Positions 16,001 to 30,794 of a stretch of DNA of 64,000 nucleotides are shown here, one piece after another. The notes beneath the pieces were generated by a model that saw only the letters and a list, made by a program, of their open reading frames with translations, was not told where the DNA came from and did no database searches. The position numbers and the translations under genes are program-made. Each line of letters starts with the position of its first letter. Position 1 is the first letter of the stretch. Source of the DNA: Eledone cirrhosa. Its lineage: Eukaryota. The stretch is taken from NCBI GenBank assembly GCA_964016885.1, contig OZ024741.1:40176001-40240000 (forward strand), written 5' to 3'.

Positions 16001-19000
16001 AATAGCAACAGAAATAGCAACACCAACAGCAATACCAACACCAACTGCAACAGCAATAGCAACACCAATAGCAACAGAAATAGCAAGACCAACAGCAACA
16101 GCAATACCAACACCAACAGCAACAGCAATAGCAACACCAATAGCAACAGAAATAGCAACACCAACAGCAACAGCAATACCAACACCAACAGCAACAGCAA
16201 TAGCAACACCAATAGCAACAGAAATAGCAACACCAACAGCAACAGCAATACCAACACCAACAGCAACAGCAATAGCAACACCAATAGCAACAGCAATAGC
16301 AACAGCAACAGCAACAGCAATAGCAACACCAATAGCAACAGCAATAGCAACAGCAACAGCAACAGCAATAGCAACACCAATAGCAACAGAAATAGCAACA
16401 GCAATAGCAACACCAACAGCAATAGCAACACCAACGGCAACAGCAATAGCAACACCAACAGCAACAGCAATACCAACACCAACACCAACAGCAATAGCAA
16501 CACCAATAGCAACAACAATACCAACACCAACAGCAACAGCAATACCAACACCAATAGCAACAGCAATAGCAACAGCAACAGTAATAGCAACATAAATAGC
16601 AACAGCAATAGCAACAGCAACAGCAACAGCAATAGCAACACCAATAGCAACAGAAATAGCAACAGCAATAGCAACACCAACACCAATTGCAACACCAACG
16701 GCAACAGCAATAGCAACACCAACAGCAACAGCAATACCAACACCAACACCAACAGCAATAGCAACACCAATAGCAACAACAATACCAACACCAACAGCAA
16801 CAGCAATACCAACACCAATAGCAACAGCAATAGCAACACCAACAGCAACAGCAATAGCAACACCAACAGCAACAGCAATAGCAACACCAACAGCAATAGC
16901 AACATCAACAGCAACAGCAATACCAACACCAACAGCAACAGCAATAGCAACACCAACAGCAATAGCAACACCAACAGCAATAGCAACACCAACAGCAATA
17001 GCAACACCAACAGCAACAACAATACCAACACCAACAGCAACAGCAATACCAACACCAACAGCAACAGCAATAGCAACACCAACAGCAATAGCAACACCAA
17101 CAGCAACAGCAATACCAACACCAATAGCAACAGCAATAGCAACACCAATAGCAACAGAAATAGCAACACCAACATCAACAGCAATACCAACAGCAACAGC
17201 AACAGCAATAGCAACAGCAACAGCAACAGCAATACCAACACCAATAGCAACAACAATACCAACACCAATAGCAACACCAATACCAACACTAATAGCAACA
17301 CCAATAGCAGCACCAATAGCAACAGCAATAGCAACACCAATTGTAACAGCAATGGCGACACCAATAGCAACAGAATCAACAACAGCAACAGCAACAGCAA
17401 TACCAACACCAAGAGCTACAGCAACAGCAACAGCAACAACAATAACAACAGCAATGGGGACACCAATAGCAACAACAATAGCAACACCAATAGCAACAAC
17501 AATACCAACACCAACAGCAACAGCAATACCAACACCAATAGCAACAGCAATAGCAACACCAACAGCAACAGCAATAGCAACACCAACAGCAACAGCAATA
17601 GCAACACCAACAGCAATAGCAACATCAACAGCAACAGCAATACCGACACCAATAGCAACACCAACAGCAACACCAATAGCAACACCAATAACAACAGCAA
17701 CACCAATAGCAACACCAATAGCAACAGCAATATAAACACCAATAGCAACACCAATAGCAACAGCAATAGAAACACCAATAGCGACACCAACAGCAACAGC
17801 AATACCGACACCAATAGCAACACCAACAGCAACACCAATAGCAACACCAATAACAACAGCAACACCAATAGCAACACTAATAGCAACAGCAATATAAACA
17901 CCAATAGCAACACCAACAGCAACACCAATAGCAACACCAATAACAACAGCAACAGCAACAGCAATAGCAACACCAACAGCAACAGCAATAGCAACACCAA
18001 TAGCAACAGCAATAGCAACACCAATAGCAACAGCAATACCAACACCAACGGCAACAGCAATAGCAACACCAATAGCAACAGCAATAGCAACAGCAACAGC
18101 AACAACAATAGCAACATCAATAGCAACAGCAATAGCAACACCAACAGCAACAGCAATACCAACACCAATAGCAACAGCAATAGCAACACCAATAGCAACA
18201 CCAATAGCAACAGCAATAGAAACACCAATAGCAACACCAACAGCAACAGCAATACCGACACCAATAGCAACACCAACAGCAACACCAATAGCAACACCAA
18301 TAACAACAGCAACACCAATAGCAACACCAATAGCAACAGCAATATAAACACCAATAGCAACACCAACAGCAACACCAATAGGAACACCAATAACAACAGC
18401 AACAGCAATAGCAACACCAACAGCAACAGCAATAGCAACACCAATAGCAACAGCAATAGCAACACCAATAGCAACAGCAATACCAACACCAACAGCAACA
18501 GCAATAGCAACACCAATAGCAACAGCAATAGCAACAGCAACAGCAACAGCAATAGCAACATCAATAGCAACAGCAATAGCAACACCAACAGCAACAGCAA
18601 TACCAACACCAATAGCAACAGCAATAGCAACACCAATAGCAACAGCAATAGCAACACCAACAGCAATAGCAACAGCAATACCAACACCAATAGCAACAGC
18701 AATACCAACACCAACAGCAACAGCAATACCAACACCAACACCAACAGCAATAGCAACACCAATAGCAACAGCAATACCAACACCAATAGCAACAGCAATA
18801 GCAACACCAACAGCAACAGCAATAGCAACACCAACAGCAACAGCAACAGCAATACCAACACCAATAACAACAGCAACAGCAATAGCAACACCAATAGCAA
18901 CAGCAATAGCAACAGCAACAGCAACAGCAATAGCAACAGCAACAGCAACAGCAATAGCAACACCAACAGCAACAGCAATACCAACACCAACAGCAACAGC

Positions 19001-22000
19001 AATACCAACAGCAACAGCAATAGCAACACCAACAGCAACAGCAATACCAACACCAACACCAACAGCAATAGCAACACCAATAGCAACAGCAATACCAACA
19101 CCAACAGCAACAGCAATACCAACACCAATAGCAACAGCAATGGCAACACCAACAGCAACAGCAATAGCAACACCAACAGCAACAGCAATAGCAACACCAA
19201 CAGCAACAGCAATACCAACACCAACAGCAACAGCAATAGCAACACCAACAGCAATAGCAACAGCAATACAACACCAATAGCAACAGCAATAGCAACACCA
19301 ATAGCAACAGAAATAGCAACACCAACAGCAACAGCAATACCAACACCAACTGCAACAGCAATAGCAACACCAATAGCAACAGAAATAGCAACACCAACAG
19401 CAACAGCAATACCAACACCAACAGCAACAGCAATAGCAACACCAATAGCAACAGAAATAGCAACACCAACAGCAACAGCAATACCAACACCAACAGCAAC
19501 AGCAATAGCAACACCAATAGCAACAGAAATAGCAACACCAACAGCAACAGCAATACCAACACCAACAGCAACAACAATAGCAACACCAATAGCAACAGCA
19601 ATAGCAACAGCAACAGCAACAGCAATAGCAACACCAATAGCAACACCAATAGCAACAGAAATAGCAACAGCAATAGCAACACCAACAGCAATAGCAACAC
19701 CAACGGCAACAGCAATAGCAACACCAACAGCAACAGCAATACCAACACCAACACCAACAGCAATAGCAACACCAATAGCAACAACAATACCAACACCAAC
19801 AGCAACAGCAATACCAACACCAATAGCAACAGCAATAGCAACACCAACAGCAACAGCAATAGCAACACCAACAGCAATAGCAACATCAACAGCAACAGCA
19901 ATACCAACACCAACAGCAACAGCAATAGCAACACCAACAGCAATAGCAACAGCAACAGCAATACCAACACCAACAGCAACAGCAATAGCAACACCAACAG
20001 CAATAGCAACACCAACAGCAACAGCAATACCAACACCAATAGCAACAGCAATAGCAACACCAATAGCAACAGAAATAGCAACACCAACATCAACAGCAAT
20101 ACCAACAGCAACAGCAACAGCAATAGCAACACCAACAGCAACAGCAATACCAACACCAATAGCAACAGCAATACCAACACCAACAGCAACAGCAATACCA
20201 ACACCAATAGCAACAGCAATAGCAACACCAACAGCAACAGCAATAGCAACACCAACAGCAACAGCAACAGCAATACCAACACCAATAACAACAGCAACAG
20301 CAATAGCAACACCAATAGCAACAGCAATAGCAACAGCAACAGCAACAGCAATAGCAACAGCAACAGCAACAGCAATAGCAACACCAACAGCAACAGCAAT
20401 ACCAACACCTACAGCAACAGCAATACCAACACCAACAGCAATAGCAACACCAACAGCAACAGCAATACCAACACCAACACCAAAAGCAATAGCAACACCA
20501 ATAGCAACAGCAATACCAACACCAACAGCAACAGCAATACCAACACCAATAGCAACAGCAATGGCAACACCAACAGCAACAGCAATAGCAACACCAACAG
20601 CAACAGCAATATCAACACCAACAGCAACAGCAATACCAACACCAACAGCAACAGCAATAGCAACACCAACAGCAATAGCAACAGCAATACCAACACCAAT
20701 AGCAACAGCAATAGCAACACCAATAGCAACAGAAATAGCAACACCAACAGCAACAGCAATACCAACACCAAATGCAACAGAAATAGCAACACCAATAGCA
20801 ACAGAAATAGCAACACCAACAGCAACAGCAATACCAACACCAACAGCAACAGCAATAGCAACACCAATAGCAACAGAAATAGCAACACCAACAGCAACAG
20901 CAATACCAACACCAACAGCAACAGCAATAGCAACACCAATAGCAACAGAAATAGCAACACCAACAGCAACAGCAATACCAACACCTACAGCAACAGCAAT
21001 AGCAACACCAATAGCAACAGCAATAGCAACACCAACAGCAATAGCAACACCAACAGCAATAGCAACACCAACAGCAATAGCAACACCAACAGCAACAACA
21101 ATACCAACACCAACAGCAACAGCAATACCAACACCAACAGCAACAGCAATAGCAACACCAACAGCAATAGCAACACCAACAGCAACAGCAATACCAACAC
21201 CAATAGCAACAGCAATAGCAACACCAATAGCAACAGAAATAGCAACACCAACATCAACAGCAATACCAACAGCAACAGCAACAGCAATAGCAACAGCAAC
21301 AGCAACAGCAATACCAACACCAATAGCAACAACAATACCAACACCAATAGCAACAGCAATACCAACACCAATAGCAACACCAATAGCAGCACCAATAGCA
21401 ACAGCAATAGCAACACCAATTGTAACAGCAATGGCGACACCAATAGCAACAGAATCAACAACAGCAACAGCAACAGCAATACCAACACCAAGAGCTACAG
21501 CAACAGCAACAGCAACAACAATAACAACAGCAATGGGGACACCAATAGCAACAACAATAGCAACACCAATAGCAACAACAATACCAACACCAACAGCAAC
21601 AGCAATACCAACACCAATAGCAACAGCAATAGCAACACCAACAGCAACAGCAATAGCAACACCAACAGCAACAGCAATAGCAACACCAACAGCAATAGCA
21701 ACACCAACAGCAACAGCAATACCGACACCAATAGCAACACCAACAGCAACACCAATAGCAACACCAATAACAACAGCAACACCAATAGCAACACCAATAG
21801 CAACAGCAATATAAACACCAATAGCAACACCAACAGCAACACCAATAGCAACACCAATAACAACAGCAACAGCAACAGCAATAGCAACACCAACAGCAAC
21901 AGCAATAGCAACATCAATAGCAACAGCAATAGCAACACCAATAGCAACAGCAATACCAACACCAACAGCAACAGCAATAGCAACACCAATAGCAACAGCA

Positions 22001-25000
22001 ATAGCAACAGCAACAGCAACAACAATAGCAACATCAATAGCAACAGCAATAGCAACACCAACAGCAATAGCAACAGCAATACCAACACCAATAGCAACAG
22101 CAATACCAACACCAACAGCAACAGCAATACCAACACCAACACCAACAGCAATAGCAACACCAATAGCAACAGCAATACCAACACCAACATCAACAGCAAT
22201 ACCAACACCAATAGCAACAGCAATAGCAACACCAACAGCAACAGCAATAGCAACACCAACAGCAACAGCAACAGCCATACCAACACCAATAACAACAGCA
22301 ACAGCAATAGCAACACCAATAGCAACAGCAATAGCAACAGCAACAGCAACAGCAATAGCAACACCAACAGCAACAGCAATAGCAACACCAACAGCAACAG
22401 CAATACCAACACCAACAGCAACAGCAATACCAACACCAACAGCAATAGCAACACCAACAGCAACAGCAATACCAACACCAACACCAACAGCAATAGCAAC
22501 ACCAATAGCAACAGCAATACCAACACCAACAGCAACAGCAATACCAACACCAATAGCAACAGCAATAGCAACACCAACAGCAACAGCAACATCAACAACA
22601 ATAGCAACACCAACAGCAACAGCAATACCAACACCAACAGCAACAGCAATAGCAACACCAACAGCAATAGCAACAGCAATACCAACACCAATAGCAACAG
22701 CAATAGCAACACCAATAGCAACAGAAATAGCAACACCAACAGCAACAGCAATACCAACACCAACTGCAACAGCAATAGCAACACCAATAGCAACAGAAAT
22801 AGCAACACCAACAGCAACAGCAATACCAACACCAACAGCAACAGCAATAGCAACACCAATAGCAACAGAAATAGCAACACCAACAGCAACAGCAATACCA
22901 ACACCAACAGCAACAGCAATAGCAACACCAATAGCAACAGAAATAGCAACACCAACAGCAACAGCAATACCAACACCAACAGCAACAGCAATAGCAACAC
23001 CAATAGCAACAGCAATAGCAACAGCAACAGCAACAGCAATAGCAACACCAATAGCAACAGCAATAGCAACAGCAACAGCAACAGCAATAGCAACACCAAT
23101 AGCAACAGAAATAGCAACACCAATAGCAACAGCAATAGCAACACCAACAGCAATAGCAACACCAACGGCAACAGCAACACCAACAGCAACAGCAATACCA
23201 ACACCAACACCAACAGCAATAGCAACACCAATAGCAACAACAATACCAACACCAACAGCAACAGCAATACCAACACCAATAGCAACAGCAATACCAACAC
23301 CAATAGCAACAGAAATAACAACACCAACAGCAACAGCAATAGCAACACCAACAGCAATAGCAACATCAACAGCAACAGCAATACCAACACCAACAGCAAC
23401 AGCAATAGCAACACCAACAGCAATAGCAACACCAACAGCAATAGCAACACCAACAGCAATAGCAACACCAACAGCAACAGCAATACCAACACCAACAGCA
23501 ACAGCAATACCAACACCAACAGCAACAGCAATAGCAACACCAACAGCAATAGCAACACCAACAGCAACAGCAATACCAACACCAATAGCAACAGCAATAG
23601 CAACACCAATAGCAACAGAAATAGCAACACCAACATCAACAGCAATACCAACAGCAACAGCAACAGCAATAGCAACAGCAACAGCAACAGCAATACCAAC
23701 ACCAATAGCAACAACAATACCAACACCAATAGCAACAGCAATACCAACACCAATAGCAACACCAATAGCAGCACCAATAGCAACAGCAATAGCAACACCA
23801 ATTGTAACAGCAATGGCGACACCAATAGCAACAGAATCAACAACAGCAACAGCAACAGCAATACCAACACCAAGAGCTACAGCAACAGCAACAGCAACAA
23901 CAATAACAACAGCAATGGGGACACCAATAGCAACAACAATAGCAACACCAATAGCAACAACAATACCAACACCAACAGCAACAGCAATACCAACACCAAT
24001 AGCAACAGCAATAGCAACACCAACAGCAACAGCAATAGCAACACCAACAGCAACAGCAATAGCAACACCAACAGCAATAGCAACATCAACAGCAACAGCA
24101 ATACCGGCACCAATAGCAACACCAACAGCAACACCAATAGCAACACCAATAACAACAGCAACACCAATAGCAACACCAATAGCAACAGCAATATAAACAC
24201 CAATAGCAACACCAATAGCAACAGCAATAGAAACACCAATAGCAACACCAACAGCAACAGCAATACCGACACCAATAGCAACACCAACAGCAACACCAAT
24301 AGCAACACCAATAACAACAGCAACACCAATAGCAACACCAATAGCAACAGCAATATAAACACCAATAGCAACACCAACAGCAACACCAATAGCAACACCA
24401 ATAACAACAGCAACAGCAACAGCAATAGCAACACCAACAGCAACAGCAATAGCAACACCAATAGCAACAGCAATAGCAACACCAATAGCAACAGCAATAC
24501 CAACACCAACAGCAACAGCAATAGCAACACCAATCGCAACAGCAATAGCAACAGCAACAGCAACAACAATAGCAACATCAATAGCAACAGCAATAGCAAC
24601 ACCAACAGCAACAGCAATACCAACACCAATAGCAACAGCAATAGCAACACCAATAGCAACAGCAATAGCAACACCAACAGCAATAGCAACAGCAATACCA
24701 ACACCAATAGCAACAGCAATACCAACACCAACAACAACAGCAATACCAACACCAACACCAACAGCAATAGCAACACCAATAGCAACAGCAATACCAACAC
24801 CAACAGCAACAGCAATACCAACACCAATAGCAACAGCAATAGCAACACCAACAGCAACAGCAATAGCAACACCAACAGCAACAGCAACAGCAATACCAAC
24901 ACCAATAACAACAGCAACAGCAATAGCAACACCAATAGCAACAGCAATAGCAACAGCAACAGCAACAGCAATAGCAACACCAACAGCAACAGCAATAGCA

Positions 25001-26892
25001 ACACCAACAGCAACAGCAATACCAACACCAACAGCAACAGCAATACCAACACCAACAGCAATAGCAACACCAACACCAACAGCAATACCAACACCAACAC
25101 CAACAGCAATAGCAACACCAATAGCAACAGCAATACCAACACCAACAGCAACAGCAATACCAACACCAATAGCAACAGCAATAGCAACACCAACAGCAAC
25201 AGCAACATCAACAGCAATAGCAACACCAACAGCAACAGCAATACCAACACCAACAGCAACAGCAATAGCAACACCAACAGCAATAGCAACAGCAATACCA
25301 ACACCAATAGCAACAGCAATAGCAACACCAATAGCAACAGAAATAGCAACACCAACAGCAACAGCAATACCAACACCAACTGCAACAGCAATAGCAACAC
25401 CAATAGCAACAGAAATAGCAACACCAACAGCAACAGCAATACCAACACCAACAGCAACAGCAATAGCAACACCAATAGCAACAGAAATAGCAACACCAAC
25501 AGCAACAGCAATACCAACACCAACAGCAACAGCAATAGCAACACCAATAGCAACAGAAATAGCAACACCAACAGCAACAGCAATACCAACACCAACAGCA
25601 ACAGCAATAGCAACACCAATAGCAACAGCAATAGCAACAGCAACAGCAACAGCAATAGCAACACCAATAGCAACAGCAATAGCAACAGCAACAGCAACAG
25701 CAATAGCAACACCAATAGCAACAGAAATAGCAACACCAATAGCAACAGCAATAGCAACACCAACAGCAATAGCAACACCAACGGCAACAGCAACACCAAC
25801 AGCAACAGCAATACCAACACCAACACCAACAGCAATAGCAACACCAATAGCAACAACAATACCAACACCAACAGCAACAGCAATACCAACACCAATAGCA
25901 ACAGCAATACCAACACCAACAGCAACAGCAATTGCAACACCAACAGCAACAGCAATAGCAACACCAACAGCAATAGCAACATCAACAGCAACAGCAATAC
26001 CAACACCAACAGCAACAGCAATAGCAACACCAACAGCAATAGCAACACCAACAGCAATAGCAACACCAACAGCAACAGCAATACCAACACCAACAGCAAC
26101 AGCAATACCAACACCAACAGCAACAGCAATAGCAACACCAACAGCAATAGCAACACCAACAGCAACAGCAATACCAACACCAATAGCAACAGCAATAGCA
26201 ACACCAATAGCAACAGAAATAGCAACACCAACATCAACAGCAATACCAACAGCAACAGCAACAGCAATAGCAACACCAACAGCAACAGCAATACCAACAC
26301 CAATAGCAACAGGAATACCAACACCAATAGCAACAGCAATACCAACACCAATAGCAACACCAATAGCAGCACCAATAGCAACAGCAATAGCAACACCAAT
26401 TGTAACAGCAATGGCGACACCAATAGCAACAGAATCAACAACAGCAACAGCAACAGCAATACCAACACCAATAGCTACAGCAACAGCAACAGCAACAACA
26501 ATAACAACAGCAATGGGGACACCAATAGCAACACCAACAGCAACACCAGCACCAATAGCAACACCAACAGCAACACCAACACCAATAGCAACACCAACAG
26601 CAATAGCAACAGCAATAACAACACCAACAGCAATAGCAATAGCAACACCAATAGCAACACCAACAGCAACACCAACACCAATAGCAACACCAACAGCAAT
26701 AGCAACAGCAATAACAACACCAACAGCAATAGCAACAGCAATAACAACAGCAATAGCAATAGCAACACCAATAGCAACACTGATAGCAACAGCAATAGCA
26801 ATAGCAACAGCAACACCAATAGCAGCAACAACAGGAATGGCGACAGCAATAGCAACAGCAATAGCAACAGCAACAACAACAGCAACAGCAAC
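13065..26892. repeat. ~13.8-kb hexamer satellite (SCAAYA)n with kb-scale higher-order repeats
   Basis: Built almost wholly from GCAACA, GCAATA, CCAACA and CCAATA. The landmark ATTGTAACAGCAATGGCGACACC...GAATCA...ATGGGGACA recurs at ~17340, 21419, 23801 and 26399. Confidence 0.97.
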
Positions 26893-26914
26893 TGAAGCAT
26901 GACACCCTCTAAAC

Positions 26915-27760
26915 CATGGCTTCCCAACCATTTTTCCGCCATCGCTCACTTCCACATGGAAATATTTTCCACTTCTCACCTGTATAGTGAATATTTAAGA
27001 GCTTAACTTCGAGATGGGCAGATTCTTTAATAGACACTTGTCTGGAGAATAAAAGATATAACCGTCATAAAAAGTCAGTCGCGAAGCATTAAAAAAACCT
27101 AGTGCCCCAGCATGGCCTCTACCTGTCGGCTGGAACACGTTCAAGAATAATAGAGTAATTTTTTAAACTCTAACAAACAATATAAATGAACAATTTAGGC
27201 ATTACAAGATATTTTATTAAAAGTAATGTAATAAGTCTAAGTCTGTAAGTCAGAAGGCTCTTTAGGCCAGTGCTTAATCCGGTTTTATGGTGTGAAGCGA
27301 CTAAGAGTAAAAGACTTCCCCCTGGACAGGACGCCAGTCTACCGCAGGGTTAAATACCTTGCTATTTCTGATACACTGGAGCAACGTGAAATGAAGTGTT
27401 TTACTCAAGAACACAGTACAGCACAGGAATCGAACCCATGACATTAAGATCGTAAGACCAACCTCCTTACCACTAGGCCACGTGCTTCCTCATGCAATAA
27501 GTAGAAAAGTCAAATATTTTGACACACAGATACCATTTTCATATATCGTCAATGCGACCGCTCCGTCTGGTGTGACGCAGCTAGTGCAAACACACTGGGT
27601 TTAGAATTGGTCATGTTTTGCCGCAAGTCACCTCGCTTGGTACAGTCTACTTCTAGTTTCAGATAACAACGTGGCTTGAAGCCAGATTCTACTAAGAAGG
27701 ACATTGGAATGGCAAGAAACATCAACTTTAAGTGTTTCCATAGATTCGGATACGACAAGC
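26915..27760 (-). mobile_element. hAT (Charlie/Buster-type) DNA transposon remnant, right end with transposase C-terminus
   Basis: 27549-27758 (-) reads YPNLWKHLKLMFLAIPMSFLVESGF...RGDLR...KPSV..LAASHQTERSH*, which matches the Buster/Charlie C-terminal dimerization region. The TIR-like CATGGCTTCCCAACC at 26915 is preceded by a Charlie-like 8-bp site CTCTAAAC. Confidence 0.7.
27240..27489 (-). mobile_element. tRNA-derived SINE (family B) inserted in the hAT remnant
   Basis: Minus-strand GTGGCCTAGTGGTAAGG A-box, GGGTTCGATTCC B-box and GTGTTCTTGAGTAAAACAC body. Confidence 0.75.
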
Positions 27761-27974
27761 CGGTTGAGTAACCATGTCGCCCTTCCGAGGATTATATTAC
27801 TGCATTTTCTTTTGCAAGTGATGTAACTATGTTGCTTTTACACTTAGAACTCTTTTTGACCAAAGACTTACCAACCATGACCATCTAAGTGTAAAAGCAA
27901 CATAGTTACATCAATTGCAAAAGAAAATGCAGTACTATAATCCTCGGAAGGGCGACATGTTTACTCAACCTGCT
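27758..27974. repeat. Long inverted repeat (91-bp arms, 35-bp spacer)
   Basis: 27758-27848 and 27884-27974 are reverse complements with about four mismatches. Confidence 0.9.
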
Positions 27975-28298
27975 AGAAATACAAACACATTTACCACAAA
28001 TTGCACCCTACCATCATCAAGCTGAATGCATTGTATAATGTGCGACCACCTTCCTTGCAAAATGGGAAGGTTCACAGCTGGAATATCTTTCCTCGAAGAT
28101 CTTATCCTCGATCAAGAATGACTTGGAACCTAAACAACAACTGCAATAGAATTTGTTATTTGGACACTGACTGCAATAGAAATTGTGTTAATGTTAGCAT
28201 TAGCTGCACAACAGAAATTATGGTAATATTAACACTAACTGCACAATAGAAATTGAAAAAATATTAGCATCTGCTGCAACAGAAATTGAAATAATAAT

Positions 28299-28514
28299 GG
28301 TTTCTTATATAGGCACAAGGCCAGCAATTTGGGAAGAGGGGAAAGTCGATTAAATCGACCCCAGTGCGTGACTGGTACTTTATTTTATCGATTCCGTAAG
28401 GATGAAAGGCAAAGTTAACCTCGGCGGCATTTGAACTCAGATCATAAAGAGCCGTAACTCTATGCTGCAAAGCATGGCGTCCGACCCTCTACCGATACTG
28501 CCAAACCATCGCCC
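28299..28514 (-). mobile_element. Full-length SINE family A with 13-bp target-site duplication
   Basis: TTGAAATAATAAT at 28286-28298 and at 28515-28527. A- and B-boxes present. Confidence 0.92.
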
Positions 28515-28544
28515 TTGAAATAATAATAGCATCAGTTGCACAAG

Positions 28545-30230
28545 AGAAATTGTGGTAATGTTAGCACCAACTTCACAACAGAACTTGTAATGTTAGCACT
28601 AACTACAACAGAAATTGTAATGTTAGCACTAACTACAACAGAAATTGTAATATTAGCACTAACTGCACATCATAAATTGTAGTAATGTTAGCACTAACTG
28701 CACATCATAAATTGTAATATTAGCACTAACTGCACATCATAAATTGTGGTTATGTTAGCACTAACTGCACATCATAAATTGTGGTAATGTTAGCACTAAC
28801 TACAACAAGAATTGTGGTAATATTAGCACTAACTACAATAGAAATTGTGGTAATGTTAGCACTAACTACAACAGAAATTGTGGTAATGTTAGCACTAACT
28901 ACAACAGGAATTGTGATAATATTAGCACTAACTACAACAGGAATTGTGGTAATATTAACACTAAATACAACAGAAATTATGGTAATGTTAGCACTAACTA
29001 CAACAGAAGTTGTGGTAATGTTAACACTAACTACAACAGGAATTGTGGTAATGTTAACACTAACTACAACAGAAATTGTGGTAATGTTAACACTAACTAC
29101 AACAGAAATTGTGGTAATGTTAGCACTAACTACAACAGGAATTGTGGTAATGTTAACACTATCTACAACAAAAGTTGTGGTAATGTTAACACTAACTACA
29201 ACAGAAGTTGTGGTAATGTTAAAACTAACTACAACAGAAATTGTGGTAATATTAGCACTAACTACAACAGAAATTGTGGTAATGTTAGCACTAACTACAA
29301 CAGAAGTTGTGGTAATGTTAACACTAACTACAACAGAAGTTGTGGTAATGTTAACACTAACTACAACAGGAATTGTGGTAATGTTAAAACTAACTACAAC
29401 AGAAATTGTGGTAATGTTAACACTAACTACAACAGGAATTGTGGTAATGTTAACACTAACTACAACAGGAATTGTGGTTATGTTAGCACTAACTACAACA
29501 GGAATTGTGGTAATGTTAACACTAACTACAACAGGAATTGTGGTAATGTTAACACTAACTACAACAGGAATTGTGGTAATGTTAACACTAACTACAACAG
29601 GAATCGTGGTTATGTTAGCACTAACTACAACAGGAATCGTGGTAATATTAGCACTAACTACAACAGGAATCGTGGTAATATTAGCACTAACTACAACAGA
29701 AATTGTGGTAATGTTAACACTAACTACAACAGGAATTGTGGTAATGTTAACACTAACTACAACAGGAATTGTGGTTATGTTAGCACTAACTACAACAGGA
29801 ATCGTGGTAATATTAGCACTAACTACAACAGAAATTGTGGTAATATTAGCACTAACTACAACAGAAATTGTGGTAATGTTAACACTAACTACAACAGGAA
29901 TTGTGGTAATGTTAACACTAACTACAACAGGAATTGTGGTAATGTTAACACTAACTACAACAGGAATCGTGGTTATGTTAGCACTAACTACAACAGAAGT
30001 TGTGGTAATGTTAACACTAACTACAACAGGAATTGTGGTAATGTTAACACTAACTACAACAGAAATTGTGGTAATGTTAGCACTAACTACAACAGAAATT
30101 GTGGTAATGTTAGCACTATCTACAACAGGAATCGTGGTTATGTTAGCACTAACTACAACAGAAGTTGTGGTAATGTTAGCACTAACTACAACAGAAGTTG
30201 TGGTAATGTTAGCACTATCTACATCATAAA
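28545..30230. repeat. 33-bp minisatellite, ~50 copies (degenerate copies extend left to ~28130)
   Basis: Unit GAAATTGTGGTAATGTTAGCACTAACTACAACA. It explains the 11-aa-periodic ORF 28781-30229. Confidence 0.97.
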
Positions 30231-30401
30231 TTGAAATAATATTCTTACAAACTGCAGTTAACTGTCATTAGGGCTTTAGACATAATGTTTTACAGTAAAT
30301 GGTACGGCTCTCACCATTTTGAGATCATCCAGTCAAAGTCATCTTTACATTTCATCATTTGAGATCGATAAACAAAGTATCAGTCCATTCTCTCTCTCTC
30401 C

Positions 30402-30461
<60 letters not shown>

Positions 30462-30794
30462 ACTCCCTATCTCCTTCTCTCTCTCTGTCTCTTTCTCTGT
30501 TGGGATCACACTCTCTCTCTACTTTTCTCTCTCCTTTTCTCTCTCACAAATGGACACACACTCTCTCTCCCTCTCTATTTATTTCTCTCTCCGAATCTCA
30601 ATCTGTATATCTCACTTTCTCTCTCTCTCACTCTCTCTCTCTCACTCATTCTCTCTCTCTCTCTCTTTCACTTTCTCTCACTTTCTCCCCTTCTCTCTCA
30701 CTTCCTCTAGAAGAAATCAGCTGCCCTCACATGTGAAGAGGGATGGAATCCACCTAGTGAGAAAAGTCTCGATGGGACTCTTACGACTCTATCG

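Noticed and set aside
13342-26979. Giant minus-strand ORFs (3187 aa poly-V/A/I/G and 1356 aa poly-L/V)
   Set aside because: These are by-products of the hexamer satellite: codons in these frames rarely or never form stops. There are no domains, and the 3187-aa ORF changes composition at a 1-bp indel.
28545-30230. CRISPR-like ~33-bp palindromic repeats
   Set aside because: Units are directly adjacent with no unique spacers, there are no cas genes, and the context is eukaryotic.
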